This document shows positions 1 to 9,266 of a stretch of 64,000 nucleotides of DNA, piece by piece (positions within the stretch are counted from its first letter, which is position 1; every line of letters starts with the position of its first letter). The DNA lies in NCBI GenBank assembly GCA_949300365.1, contig CASGEC010000006.1, positions 137,253 through 201,252 of the forward strand. Reading direction: 5' to 3'. Position numbers and translations under genes: made by a program. The notes beneath the pieces are model-generated. The model worked only from the letters and a program-made list of their open reading frames with translations. It did no database searches and was not told the origin of the DNA. Source of the stretch: an uncultured Bacillota bacterium. Lineage in GTDB: Bacteria; Bacillota_I; Bacilli_A; RFN20; CAG-288.

Positions 1-40
1 ATCTTTCGTTCCTGAGGACTATTCTAAGCGACCATCGGAT

Positions 41-67
41 AAATGAAAAGCCCTTCCGGAGAAGGGC
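41..67 (-). terminator. Rho-independent terminator after the GNAT-like gene
   Basis: 7-bp stem GCCCTTC (50-56) / GAAGGGC (61-67) with a 4-nt loop. On the minus strand it is followed by TTTTCATTT (49-41), just downstream of the stop at 71. Confidence 0.6.
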
Positions 68-70
68 ACG

Positions 71-1195
71 TCAATCGACGATTTTCTTGATGAACGCTCG
101 CCGTCTTTTGTGAAGCTTGTTCTCGAAGCGATCCCAGTTGTTCTGGATGGAGAGATTGTCCTCGAGATTGAGGTTTGTCTCGCAGTATTCGACCTTGCCG
201 GACTTGAGCATCTTCATGATCTCCAAGAGGATGGCCCAGGAGACACCGGAATTGCGGTATTTCTCCGTGACGCCGATAAGGCCGAGGTCGATGATTTCCG
301 GATCCTTCTTGGCCTTGAGGATGCGGAGGATCGTCGGGATGGTCAGATGGCCACCGGATTTCTGGACGGCGTGGGAGATGGAAGGGAAGCAGAGGCCGAA
401 GGCAGCAAGCTTGTCGTTCTCATCGACGATAAGGCGGATATAGTAGGGAGAGAGAAGAAGCTTGAAGCCGGTGATGATATCCTTCCTCTGGCCCTCGATG
501 AAAGGCACGGTGCCATAGAGATCCTTGTAGGTATCGTCGACGAGGTCGAAGAACTGATCGGCATAGCGATCGATGATTTCCTGAATGCTGTTGGACTGGA
601 CGAGATGGAGCCTTTCCCGTTTCATGATCAAGGGGACGATCCTTTCGATCCGCGGGTCGATTTCCTTTGGCGCATAGATCTTCCGCTCCACCCAGTCGAC
701 ATCCTTTTGATAGCCTTGCGCCTCGATCAGTTTCTGATAATAGGCGTGGTTATACTGCTCCTCGAAGGTGGAAAGCTCATCGAAACCCTCGATCAGAAGG
801 CCTTCCTTTTCCATGTCGGAATAGCCAAGCGGTCCGACGACTTCCTCCATGCCCTTTTCCTTTGCCCACTTCTCGACCGCATCAAAAAGAGCCTTGGCGA
901 CTGCGACATCATTGATGCAGTCAAAGCGGGTGAAGCGGACCCGTTTCTGGTTCCATTTCTCGTTTGCGGCCTTTTGCAGGATGCCGGATATTCGTCCAGC
1001 AAGCTTTCCATCCTTGTAGGCGAGGAAGAAAACGGATTCCGATGTCTGATTGTAGAAGTAGTTCTTCCTGAAGATCTTCTTTTCGTCGATATAAAGCGGA
1101 GGAACGTAGTAGGGATTGTTCTTGTAGAGCTTCAATGGGAAGTCGAGGAAGGCTTTCCTGTCCCAATAGGAACGAACTGGACGGACGTCGATCAT
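71..1195 (-). CDS. GNAT-fold N-acetyltransferase-like protein, specific function unknown
   Basis: 374-aa ORF. C-terminal IGVTEKYRNSGVSWAILLEI resembles the GNAT acetyl-CoA-binding motif. Its ATG overlaps the degV stop as ATGA (1192-1195). C-ending codon bias matches neighbouring genes. Confidence 0.7.
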   Translation of the reverse strand: MIDVRPVRSYWDRKAFLDFPLKLYKNNPYYVPPLYIDEKKIFRKNYFYNQTSESVFFLAYKDGKLAGRISGILQKAANEKWNQKRVRFTRFDCINDVAVAKALFDAVEKWAKEKGMEEVVGPLGYSDMEKEGLLIEGFDELSTFEEQYNHAYYQKLIEAQGYQKDVDWVERKIYAPKEIDPRIERIVPLIMKRERLHLVQSNSIQEIIDRYADQFFDLVDDTYKDLYGTVPFIEGQRKDIITGFKLLLSPYYIRLIVDENDKLAAFGLCFPSISHAVQKSGGHLTIPTILRILKAKKDPEIIDLGLIGVTEKYRNSGVSWAILLEIMKMLKSGKVEYCETNLNLEDNLSIQNNWDRFENKLHKRRRAFIKKIVD

Positions 1196-2079
1196 AACAC
1201 CCTACCTTTGCTGTGGAAGGCAACGCCGAGGCAGTCTGGTCCGGCGTGGATTCCGGCGGTCGGATTGACGACGGCGACGGAAAGATCGAGGTCCTTTCCG
1301 AACTTGTCGTGGATCATCGCCGTGATCCTCTTGACGAGCTCCGGCGTATCGGAGTGGACGACGATGATCGGATGGTTGGCGACATCGTCTCCCAGCTTGA
1401 CCATGTAGTCCAGGATCTTCCTTAACGCCTGGAAGCGGCCGAGGACCTTGCCGATCGCATCCATCTTGCCTTCATCGTCGATGGAGATGATGGGCTTGAC
1501 GGAGATGATGGAACCCAAGGTCGCCGAGAGTCCTGTAAGCCTTCCGGAAGCCTTGAAGAAGCGGAGATCGTCGGCAAAGGCAAAGAAAGCGTAGTGCTTG
1601 GTGAAATCCTCCAGAGCCTTCAAAAGCTCCTCAAGGCTTTTTCCTTCCTGATAGAGTTTCCCGGTTTCGATAAGAATGACAAGGGCAAGGGAAGTGATGG
1701 CCTTGGTGTCGAAGGTATGGATCGTTCTCTCCGGATACTTCTCCTTGAGGACCTCGATGGCAAGGCGCATCGCGTTGAACGTTCCGGAGAGTTTGCTGGA
1801 GAAGTGGATATAGAGGACGTCGTTTCCTTTCTGGAGTTCCGGTTCGAAATAGGAGATATATTTTTCCGGGGAGAGACCAGCCGTCTTGGGAATCTCTCCG
1901 TGCCGCAATCTTTCATAGAAAGCGTGGGGATCGAAAGTCTTTTCCGTTTCATAGGGGAAGACCTCTTTGCCATTCATGGTGTAGGGCATCGAAATGAGAC
2001 GATAGCCGTATTTTTCCGCGATTTCGGGCGTGATGTCGCAATCCGAATCCGCGAAAAGCGTGAGATTCTTTGTAGCCAT
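1192..2079 (-). CDS. DegV-family fatty-acid-binding protein
   Basis: 295 aa. N-terminal LFADSDCDITPE and C-terminal NPTAGIHAGPDCLGVAF follow the DegV pattern (DS..D near the N-terminus, G.H.GP near the C-terminus). Confidence 0.85.
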   Translation of the reverse strand: MATKNLTLFADSDCDITPEIAEKYGYRLISMPYTMNGKEVFPYETEKTFDPHAFYERLRHGEIPKTAGLSPEKYISYFEPELQKGNDVLYIHFSSKLSGTFNAMRLAIEVLKEKYPERTIHTFDTKAITSLALVILIETGKLYQEGKSLEELLKALEDFTKHYAFFAFADDLRFFKASGRLTGLSATLGSIISVKPIISIDDEGKMDAIGKVLGRFQALRKILDYMVKLGDDVANHPIIVVHSDTPELVKRITAMIHDKFGKDLDLSVAVVNPTAGIHAGPDCLGVAFHSKGRVL

Positions 2080-2261
2080 TGGAAGCTCCTTTTTTCGTTT
2101 CTCAGAATAGCACTCCTATTTTAAGCCATGGAAAGGGGCAGAAAGAGACGAAAAACAAAAAAGGCGAAATATAGGTACAAAATGTATTGTTTGTATATCT
2201 CTTTCGGAAGGAAAATTCATGGAAAGGAAAAAGGCCATCGCCGTGGCGACAGCCTCGCTTT

Positions 2262-2873
2262 TTAGTTCTCGGGACCCGTGTATTGGATGGTGATATGTCT
2301 CTTGTGTCCGGTTCCAAGGGACTTGGTCTCGATATTCGGGTAATCTGTCAAGGCCTGATGGATGACCCTTCTTTCGTCCGAAGTCATCGGATCCATGACG
2401 ACGGTGATGTGCGTCCTGCTGACTTCGTCGGCATAGCGGCGGGCAAGGGCGATGAACTTGTCGTACTTGTTTTCCTTGTAGCCGTCGCAGTTGAGGAGGA
2501 TGCGATAGTGGCCACCAAAGCGGTTGAAGCAGGCGGAGCGGGTGAGTTCGTTGATGCTTCTGAGCGTGTCGCCATTCCTGCCGATGACGTTCTTGTTCCT
2601 GTTGCAGACGATGTTCAGCTTGATGACGCCATCATCGTACTTGGCTTCGGTAACGCCATTCAGGCCCAAGGCCTTGAGGCAGCGTCGGATATAGTCGTCG
2701 GCAAAGACGATGACATCCGTCACGGTGTAGATACCGATGGTGACAGTGGTGCTGAAGAGGGATTTCTTGACCGAAATGACCTGATAGTTGAGTTTCTTCG
2801 GATCGTCGATACCGAATTCCTCACAGGCCTTCTTGACGGCTTCTGCCTCGGTCTTTCCTTCGAACTTGTTCAT
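2262..2873 (-). CDS. jag: Jag/KhpB RNA-binding protein (Jag_N + KH + R3H)
   Basis: 203 aa. Has a KH-like GxxG (NVIGRNGDTLRSINEL) and an R3H-like MTSDERRVIHQAL. Sits in the conserved position directly downstream of yidC. Confidence 0.85.
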   Translation of the reverse strand: MNKFEGKTEAEAVKKACEEFGIDDPKKLNYQVISVKKSLFSTTVTIGIYTVTDVIVFADDYIRRCLKALGLNGVTEAKYDDGVIKLNIVCNRNKNVIGRNGDTLRSINELTRSACFNRFGGHYRILLNCDGYKENKYDKFIALARRYADEVSRTHITVVMDPMTSDERRVIHQALTDYPNIETKSLGTGHKRHITIQYTGPEN

Positions 2874-2876
2874 ATA

Positions 2877-4436
2877 TCACCTCCAAAGTGGTTTATCGGA
2901 TTTGTTCTTCTTGTCCTTGCCGTTCTTCTTTCCGCCGGGCTGGTGATGGGCGCTGCGGCGAATGGCGGCTAAGGTCGAACCATCGCCTGTTTCCTTGGCG
3001 AGGCGATGTCTGGTGTGGGACTGGATGCCCTCGGTGAGAAGGGACTGGAGGATGGAGATGAGGGATCCGAGAATCCAGTAGATACCCATGGCGGCCGGCA
3101 AGGAGAAGCCCATGAAGAGGACGACGACCATCATGATGATCGTGAAGGTCTTCATCGTCTTGTTGGGATCCATTCCCTGGGCTGTTGCGGCGACGTTCTG
3201 CGCACCGAAGTTCTTCGTTCTCCAGGTCGAGAAGAGAAGGCCGGTCGAAGAGGAGAGGATATTGGCGATGGCCATGAAGAGGAAGATCATGATGCCGACG
3301 ATGGCACCCGGCGTGTTGGCAAAGTTCGTGAAGCATTCACTGACAGGTGTCGTCAGGGCCAAGCCCAGGAAGGAACCGCTGGCAAGGGCGGCACTGCCCT
3401 GAAGGGCGGACCAGACGCAGATGAAGATCGGGAACTGGATGATGAGGAAGATCAACGGAAGGAAAGGATGGACTTTCGCCCGACGCATGAGGCTTGCCTG
3501 TTCCATGGCAAGGGCCTGTTTCTGCTCCCTGTCGTTTGCGGAATTGGGGTATTTGGCCTGGAGGGCATTGAGCATCGGCTGGATTTTCTGCTGCTTGGCT
3601 TGCGTGCGTGACTGGAAGAGGGTCGAAAGGACGGTGATGATACGGGCGATGAGGGTGACGACGAGAATGGCGAGGAACTGTGCCGCTCCGGTCGATCCAA
3701 GGCCCGTGGAGATGGCGTGGATGATATAGGCGAAGGGGTAGACGAGAAGCCCTTCGAGGAATCCGTAATCGGCGAAGGCTTCTCCCCATGTCTTTCCGGA
3801 AACATAGATGACTGAGCCGTTCTGCTCAAAGGCCTGGTCGCTCGGGGAGATACAAGCCGTCTGTCCGGAGATGAGCGTTTGGGCCTGGGATTGGAAGACG
3901 GAAACGAAGGAGGAGCTGGGGGCAAGGGCAAGACCGATGCTTGCATCATCCAAGGCGGCGTCATACCATTCGTTGTAGTTGGACCACAGCGCATCGACGA
4001 CGATCGATCCGTCATCGGAAGAGGTCAGACCGGCATAGATAGCGACATGGAGGGCGATTTCCTGGGCCTGTTCTTCGTTCCATTCTCCCAACGTGCCATC
4101 GGTCCAATAGACGGCCGTTTTCTCGGCTTCTTCCTGAGCCTTGGTGTTCATGTAGGCGTTGAAGGCCTTGGTCGGAAGGCTATAGCCGGCGTTTTGCAGG
4201 GCGGTAAACAGCGCAATCCTGTTCTCGTTCTGTGTCTTTACTTCCGCTTCGCTATCGGTCGAGTCTTTGACCTCGACGGAATCGGAAAAGATATTGCCGA
4301 GATAGGCATACATCTGGTTTGCCTTATCTTGGTTGGAACAGAAAGACGCCGTACAGCTGGACATGAAAAAAACAGCTACGAGGGTCGAGAAGACCGCCGC
4401 CAACCGTTTTATCCATCTGTTCGTGTGTTTTCTCAT
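2877..4436 (-). CDS. yidC: YidC/Oxa1-family membrane protein insertase with a long N-terminal extracytoplasmic lipoprotein domain
   Basis: 519 aa. Signal/lipobox-like AVFFMSSC. Insertase core motifs QKIQPMLNALQAKYPN ... MRRAKVHPFLPLIFLIIQFPIFICVW. ATGA overlap with the rnpA stop (4433-4436). Confidence 0.9.
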   Translation of the reverse strand: MRKHTNRWIKRLAAVFSTLVAVFFMSSCTASFCSNQDKANQMYAYLGNIFSDSVEVKDSTDSEAEVKTQNENRIALFTALQNAGYSLPTKAFNAYMNTKAQEEAEKTAVYWTDGTLGEWNEEQAQEIALHVAIYAGLTSSDDGSIVVDALWSNYNEWYDAALDDASIGLALAPSSSFVSVFQSQAQTLISGQTACISPSDQAFEQNGSVIYVSGKTWGEAFADYGFLEGLLVYPFAYIIHAISTGLGSTGAAQFLAILVVTLIARIITVLSTLFQSRTQAKQQKIQPMLNALQAKYPNSANDREQKQALAMEQASLMRRAKVHPFLPLIFLIIQFPIFICVWSALQGSAALASGSFLGLALTTPVSECFTNFANTPGAIVGIMIFLFMAIANILSSSTGLLFSTWRTKNFGAQNVAATAQGMDPNKTMKTFTIIMMVVVLFMGFSLPAAMGIYWILGSLISILQSLLTEGIQSHTRHRLAKETGDGSTLAAIRRSAHHQPGGKKNGKDKKNKSDKPLWR

Positions 4437-4783
4437 TGATTTTCCCCTCTTGAGGATTTTTTCAGATTTCGAAAGGCTTTTTCCAATGTCTGAAGGTTTT
4501 CCTGAAAAGAATGGCTCAGGTAACCGCTTCTGACAAGAATAACGATATCGTAGGATGCAGAGAGGACGTCCGTAAGATTGACTTGGGCACGTATCTGTCT
4601 TCGAATGCGGGCACGAACGACGGCATTGCCGAGCTTTGTGGATGTCGAGATTCCAATCCGGGCATGACCGAGGTCGTTTTCCTTGACGAAGACAGATACG
4701 GCGTCGCTCCTAAGAGCGGCCTGCCGATGGTCCAGAACCTTTTTGAAGTCTTCCGATTTCCTCAATCGGTAGAGCTTGACCAT
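4433..4783 (-). CDS. rnpA: Ribonuclease P protein component
   Basis: The track ORF 4433..4966 is too long. The upstream part overlaps rpmH in another frame. ATG at 4783 gives a 116-aa protein MVKLYRLRKSEDFKKVL... with the RNase P protein signature, 12 nt after the rpmH stop. Confidence 0.85.
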   Translation of the reverse strand: MVKLYRLRKSEDFKKVLDHRQAALRSDAVSVFVKENDLGHARIGISTSTKLGNAVVRARIRRQIRAQVNLTDVLSASYDIVILVRSGYLSHSFQENLQTLEKAFRNLKKSSRGENQ

Positions 4784-4794
4784 TGTGCTTCGGT

Positions 4795-4932
4795 TTAGGC
4801 CTGGGTAAGACGGGCTCTGCCCTTGGCTCTTCTTCTGTTGAGGACCTTTCTGCCACCCTTCGTGGCCATTCTGGCTCTGAAGCCGCAGGTATGGGCTCTC
4901 TTGATCTTGCTGGGCTGATAAGTACGTTTCAT
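4795..4932 (-). CDS. rpmH: 50S ribosomal protein L34
   Basis: Not in the ORF track (under 60 aa). Hand translation of the minus strand gives [45 protein letters not shown] (45 aa), canonical L34. GGAGGA lies 7-8 nt upstream of the ATG. Confidence 0.95.
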   Translation of the reverse strand: MKRTYQPSKIKRAHTCGFRARMATKGGRKVLNRRRAKGRARLTQA

Positions 4933-4985
4933 AAAGATGAAATCCTCCGTTGTTACCAATGCGCATTAAAAACGCAGGTAGGGAT

Positions 4986-5014
4986 ATTATATTGACGGCC
5001 CATCATCAAATCAA
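4986..5014 (-). promoter_or_regulatory. Sigma-70-type promoter of rpmH-rnpA-yidC-jag
   Basis: On the minus strand: TTGATT (5014-5009), a 17-nt spacer, then TATAAT (4991-4986), about 50 nt upstream of the rpmH ATG. Confidence 0.7.
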
Positions 5015-5371
5015 CAAAGTTCACGGAAAATATAAATAATAAATATATATAAGCTACATAGATTTTTTCTTATTCTTATGGCTTTCGGAAAGCAAAAAAG
5101 AACAAACCAAGAACATAGGAACACCCCATAAGAGTGTAAAGAAATGACACCGAATAAAACAACCTTTGTCAGATAGAGAAGGTGGAAGCAAAGTAACAAG
5201 TAAGGAAACAAAAGCTTTGATGAAATCATCACAAAAAGTGAAATGTCGTAAAACTAAAATAAAGCAATTGTTATCCTCTTTCTTGCGCGCGAGGAATTCT
5301 TACTAAAAATAAAGGAAATAACCTCTCTGTACCAAAATTTTTACTATAATAATTTATTGAGGTCATACGAA

Positions 5372-6271
5372 ATGAAATCTATCGACGAAGGGACTATCGA
5401 TCAGTACAAATGGCTGAAGGTTGCTCAGGCTGCAATCCTGATCGTCTTGGGCTTTATTTTCATAATTACGGGATGGCTTTCCGAGGAAGGAATCAACGAT
5501 GCCTTGAGCTATTGCCTGGGTGTTGTCTTTGCTGCCTATGGCACGATGAATATCGTCGCGGGCTATCTCTTGCAGCGGACGGCGCTGAATTCCACGATCT
5601 GCATCGGTATCCTCGCCCTCGGCTTTGCCGTTATCTTTTTCTTCCGGGCCGAACTTCTCCAGCAGATCCTTTCGCCTTTCCTGACAACGATTCTTTTCGG
5701 TATCAGCGGTATGCTTATCGTCAACGGAATCGATAGGATCCTTCAGGGAAAGAAGAAGAACAAGGGCATCGCGGAAGAGCAGACCAAGGAAGACAACAAG
5801 GATTTCGATAAGCTCAAAAGGTTGAAGAGCGAGAAGAAAGAAGCCTACAAAGACGCCGCGCTTGTCTTTGTCCTCGCCTTCTTCGTTCTTGCCATCGGCA
5901 TTGCCTATCTGGTCTTCTATCTCCTGCAGAAGGCCCAGGTGGAGCGATACCTTGTCATCTTCGTCGGCGTGATGACCTTCGTTTTCGGTGTTTTCTCCTT
6001 GATGACGACATTGAAGCAGATCCGCAACACCAAGGACATGATGATGGAAGAGAAGATGAAGGAACAGGCACCGACCTATAACGATTCCAACGAAGTCCGG
6101 AACAAGGACGTCCGCATCATCGATATTTCCGAGCTCAAGAGCCGTAAGAGAAAGAGAAAGACGCTTCAGAAACCAAAGCCCAACCAGATCGAAGACACGG
6201 AAAAGAAGGAGGAATTCCCGTCCCTTACCACCGGAAAGAAAGCTGACGACAAAGAACAGGACGGCGAATGA
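5372..6271 (+). CDS. Multi-pass membrane protein with a Lys/Glu-rich C-terminal tail (possibly DUF308/HdeD-like)
   Basis: The track ORF starts at TTG 5357. ATG 5372 is preceded by GAGG with 9-nt spacing. Several hydrophobic helices are followed by the low-complexity KKNKG...KRKRKTLQKPKP tail. Confidence 0.7.
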   Translation: MKSIDEGTIDQYKWLKVAQAAILIVLGFIFIITGWLSEEGINDALSYCLGVVFAAYGTMNIVAGYLLQRTALNSTICIGILALGFAVIFFFRAELLQQILSPFLTTILFGISGMLIVNGIDRILQGKKKNKGIAEEQTKEDNKDFDKLKRLKSEKKEAYKDAALVFVLAFFVLAIGIAYLVFYLLQKAQVERYLVIFVGVMTFVFGVFSLMTTLKQIRNTKDMMMEEKMKEQAPTYNDSNEVRNKDVRIIDISELKSRKRKRKTLQKPKPNQIEDTEKKEEFPSLTTGKKADDKEQDGE

Positions 6272-6483
6272 CTTTTTCCCGTATTCTGAAGGCTATCTAT
6301 CGCGAATACAATTTGGACGGACATGTTCTTAGCCATAGGCTTTCCGTTTCCGAGGCAGAGATCAAGGCTTGGGAAGAAGGCCGTTCCTTTCCCAAAGAGA
6401 AAACAATGAGAGACTTTTCGGCGATGTTTGCGATACCTCTAGCGACCTTAGAGAAGAGCTGTCATGAAGAGGAAAGCCTATAG
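6268..6483 (+). CDS. Small XRE-like helix-turn-helix protein
   Basis: 71 aa. LSHRLSVSEAEIKAWEEGRSFP fits the XRE HTH pattern (..is.wE.G...P). ATGA overlap with the upstream gene. Confidence 0.55.
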   Translation: MTFSRILKAIYREYNLDGHVLSHRLSVSEAEIKAWEEGRSFPKEKTMRDFSAMFAIPLATLEKSCHEEESL

Positions 6484-6501
6484 AAAGAGAGGCTGTGGAA
6501 A

Positions 6502-7362
6502 ATGAAACAGAAAAGACTGTTGACCATACAGGACTATAGTTGCCTGGGCCGGTGCTCCTTGACGGAAGCGTTGCCGGTCATTTCCGCCTGCGGTATCGAG
6601 TGTGTCGGCATTCCGACAGCCGTCTTGTCCAACCACACGGCCGGATTCAAGAGCTGGACCTACGCCGATCTGACCGATTACCTCATGCCGACGATCGAGC
6701 ATTGGAAGGACTACAACCATCAGTTCGATGCTATCTATACGGGGTATCTTGGAACGAACCAGGTCCCGATCGTCATGAAGATCATTGACGAACTGAGGAA
6801 AGAGGATACCATCGTCATGGTCGATCCGGCCTTTGCCGATGGCGGAAAGCTCTACCTCGGCTTTGACAACAGCCATATCGAAGCCATGCGGGAACTGGTC
6901 CGGAAAAGCGACATCATCGTCCCCAACCTGACGGAAGCCTGCTTCCTTCTTGGCCTTTCGCCGGAGAAGGTGTGGTCGCGTCTGCAGATCGAGAACATGC
7001 TTGTCCATCTCTCCCACATGGGACCAAGCGGCGTTGTCATCTCCGGCCTTTCCTTCCAGGAAGGAAGAGTCGGTTGTCTTGTCTATGAGAAGGAAAGAAA
7101 CAGGATGCTTCTCATCGAGACGGAAAGCTATCGCGGACAATACCATGGAACCGGAGACCTTTTTGCCTCGGCCCTTATCGGTGCCAAGATCAATGGCTTC
7201 TCCCTTCCCGGAGCCGTCCGTATCGCCCATGATTTCGTCCATGTCGCTATCGGCAAGACGCTTCAGGACAAGGAACCGGACCTGTTCTATGGCGTGGAGT
7301 TCGAAAAGGCCATCCCGAGCCTTATCGACGCCCTGTTTAGGAAGAAGGAACTCATCGGATAG
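6502..7362 (+). CDS. pdxK: Pyridoxal/pyridoxine/pyridoxamine kinase (ribokinase superfamily)
   Basis: 286 aa. LTIQDYSCLGRCSLT..., FDAIYTGYLG, VDPAFADGGKLY and YHGTGDLFASAL (GTGD anion hole) match PdxK/PdxY-type kinases. Confidence 0.85.
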   Translation: MKQKRLLTIQDYSCLGRCSLTEALPVISACGIECVGIPTAVLSNHTAGFKSWTYADLTDYLMPTIEHWKDYNHQFDAIYTGYLGTNQVPIVMKIIDELRKEDTIVMVDPAFADGGKLYLGFDNSHIEAMRELVRKSDIIVPNLTEACFLLGLSPEKVWSRLQIENMLVHLSHMGPSGVVISGLSFQEGRVGCLVYEKERNRMLLIETESYRGQYHGTGDLFASALIGAKINGFSLPGAVRIAHDFVHVAIGKTLQDKEPDLFYGVEFEKAIPSLIDALFRKKELIG

Positions 7363-7367
7363 AAAAA

Positions 7368-7387
7368 GCCTTCTGTTTGAAGAAGGC
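7368..7387. terminator. Hairpin immediately after the pdxK stop
   Basis: Stem GCCTTCT (7368-7374) / AGAAGGC (7381-7387) with a 6-nt loop. An A-run lies upstream, giving a U-tail on the minus strand. The T-tail on the plus strand is weak. Confidence 0.45.
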
Positions 7388-7434
7388 CTTTAGTCCTTAA
7401 AAAAGGATAAAACAACTTTTGCGGAAAGAGAAAA

Positions 7435-7459
7435 GCCAGCCCGAAGGCTGGCCTTTTTT
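7435..7459. terminator. Bidirectional rho-independent terminator between convergent pdxK and the BI-1 gene
   Basis: Stem GCCAGCC (7435-7441) / GGCTGGC (7446-7452), loop CGAA, then CTTTTTT on the plus strand and AAAA upstream (a U-tail on the minus strand). Confidence 0.7.
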
Positions 7460-8219
7460 AGTTGTCTCTTCTTGCAAAGAGGATGAGGACGTAATAGAGG
7501 ACGCGGATGAAGATGTTGATGAAGTCGACATAGAGGGTGAAGGCGCAGTAGATGGTCATGCTGTAGGATGAATCGAACTGGCGGCTTTCGACAAGCTTCT
7601 TTACGTGGTTCATGTCCACGGCGGTGAAGATGAGGATGACGCCGAAGATGACGAAGTCCGCAATCCAGAAGAGAAGATCGCTCTGTAAGAAGATGTTGAC
7701 AAGGGAGAGGATCAGGACACCGATGAGGAAGGTGGAGAGGAAGGGCAGGATTCCGCCTAGGCTCTTCTTCGTCAGGGCACCGACACCGCCCATCAGAAGG
7801 AAGCAGCCGGCCGTGATGAAGAAGGCAAGGGAGATCATGCGCATGGCGTTGTTCGGCTCGATGGCTAGGATCTGCATGAAGATGGTCGATAATAGCATGC
7901 CGATAGCGATCGAGTAGAGGAAGTAGGCGATCGTGATGCCGACCTTCTTGTTGGAGAAGGCCTTGAAGCTGACGACGAGGGCGCAGGGGAGCATGATCAG
8001 GACGGAGAGGACATAGATGGTGATGTAGCCGGCATAGAGGCTTCCGGCATCCCCGCCGGTGATCGCCCAGAGCAGATCCGGCAGGCAAAGAGAGACGACG
8101 GCGGTGACCAAGAGTCCAAGTCCCATCCAGAGAAGGACTTTCGTCATCGAGAAGGTCGTCTTGATGGCTTGTGTCTTGACTTCACGGACTTCGACATGGT
8201 CAGGAGAATAGGATTCCAT
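7458..8219 (-). CDS. BAX-inhibitor-1/YccA-family membrane protein
   Basis: Seven predicted TM helices and a typical BI-1 C-terminus. The track start (TTG 8237) lies inside the SD AAGGAGG. ATG 8219 sits 7 nt after that SD. Confidence 0.8.
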   Translation of the reverse strand: MESYSPDHVEVREVKTQAIKTTFSMTKVLLWMGLGLLVTAVVSLCLPDLLWAITGGDAGSLYAGYITIYVLSVLIMLPCALVVSFKAFSNKKVGITIAYFLYSIAIGMLLSTIFMQILAIEPNNAMRMISLAFFITAGCFLLMGGVGALTKKSLGGILPFLSTFLIGVLILSLVNIFLQSDLLFWIADFVIFGVILIFTAVDMNHVKKLVESRQFDSSYSMTIYCAFTLYVDFINIFIRVLYYVLILFARRDN

Positions 8220-8452
8220 TGGTATTCCTCCTTTCAAAGGATGACAAAATTAGTATAGCGGAAAAAAGCAGGAAAAAAAGGTCTATGCCCCAAAATATGA
8301 CACATTGTGAGATAAATTGGGTATGAAACCTCTTTCACACCAATGGGAGCGACAGATTATGGCAGTTATAAGTGGGAGGAGAATTCTTTTGCGAGTTCTT
8401 AATGGTCTGTTCATTGCTTCCCCCTTCCTACTGGCTTAAAATCAATGTATTC

Positions 8453-9247
8453 ATGAAACAGGAAAAAGAGCTAAGAAACCGGATTATCGAAAGGGTGGAT
8501 GGCGCTGAGGAATTCCTTTCGAAGGCCCAAAAGGAAAAGAAGGAAAGCCGGCGGAACGTTCTTATCGCCTCTGCCTGCTCCAATATGCGCGTTGCCTTGG
8601 AGATGTTCATCAACGCGCTTTACCAAGAAGAGAATCCCGGTGGGAAGGATACCCTTCTCTATGAAAAGATCGGCTTTCTCAAGCAGCATCGTGCCATCAG
8701 CCAAGGACAGCTCTACAAGATAGACAGGATCCGTTCCATCGGAAACCTTTCCGTCCATGATGCCGAAAGGAAGATTTCGATCGATCAGGCGCTCTCCTGC
8801 CTGATGGACCTTAAGGAAATCCTCTCCTTCTTCTTCCCGAAGGATGGAAGGCTTTTGATTCGGAAGCACTATGCCCTCTATGGCGTATTGGCCTTCCTTC
8901 TCTTTGCCTTTATCGTTGCCGTCCCTGGCCTTGTCTTCTTCTTTCCGGAGCAGGACAAGGTTGTCTTTTCCCTTTCCTGTGTCGTCTATGGCCTTATCGT
9001 TCTCTTCCTTCTTTTTGCCTATCCGACCAAGAAGGGTTTCCTCATCTATCGCCATCCGAAGGGGAAGACCTTTCTTCTTCCCTTCTATATGGCCTTGGTC
9101 TGTGCCTTTTCCTTCTTTATATTCGATGTCCTTCTTCCAGAACGTCTCTATCTAACCCTCTCCCTTTCCTTCTCCGTCTCCTATCTCATCCTTTTCTTTG
9201 TCCTGATCCATTGCTACAACGGCAAGGAAAAGAAGGAAGGGAAGTAA
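8453..9247 (+). CDS. DUF4145 (HEPN-related)-like N-terminal domain fused to a 4-TM C-terminal domain
   Basis: MRVALEMFINAL...LYEKIGFLKQHRAISQGQLYKIDRIRSIGNLSVHDAERKISIDQA matches the DUF4145 pattern (R..GN...H). Four hydrophobic helices follow. The start is uncertain: ATG 8453 lacks an SD, and in-frame alternatives are GTG 8372 and ATG 8402. Confidence 0.6.
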   Translation: MKQEKELRNRIIERVDGAEEFLSKAQKEKKESRRNVLIASACSNMRVALEMFINALYQEENPGGKDTLLYEKIGFLKQHRAISQGQLYKIDRIRSIGNLSVHDAERKISIDQALSCLMDLKEILSFFFPKDGRLLIRKHYALYGVLAFLLFAFIVAVPGLVFFFPEQDKVVFSLSCVVYGLIVLFLLFAYPTKKGFLIYRHPKGKTFLLPFYMALVCAFSFFIFDVLLPERLYLTLSLSFSVSYLILFFVLIHCYNGKEKKEGK

Positions 9248-9266
9248 GGGACACAAAGGATAGGAT

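Noticed and set aside
5011-5232. 73-aa minus-strand ORF in the AT-rich gap
   Set aside because: It is low-complexity and Phe/Leu/Ile-rich, as expected from AT-rich DNA. It uses TTA-type codons that real genes here avoid and has no SD.
4967-5356. The AT-rich gap upstream of rpmH as the chromosomal origin (oriC)
   Set aside because: dnaA is not adjacent and there is no cluster of TTATCCACA-like boxes by eye. The best match has two mismatches. I kept only a note that the origin context is atypical.
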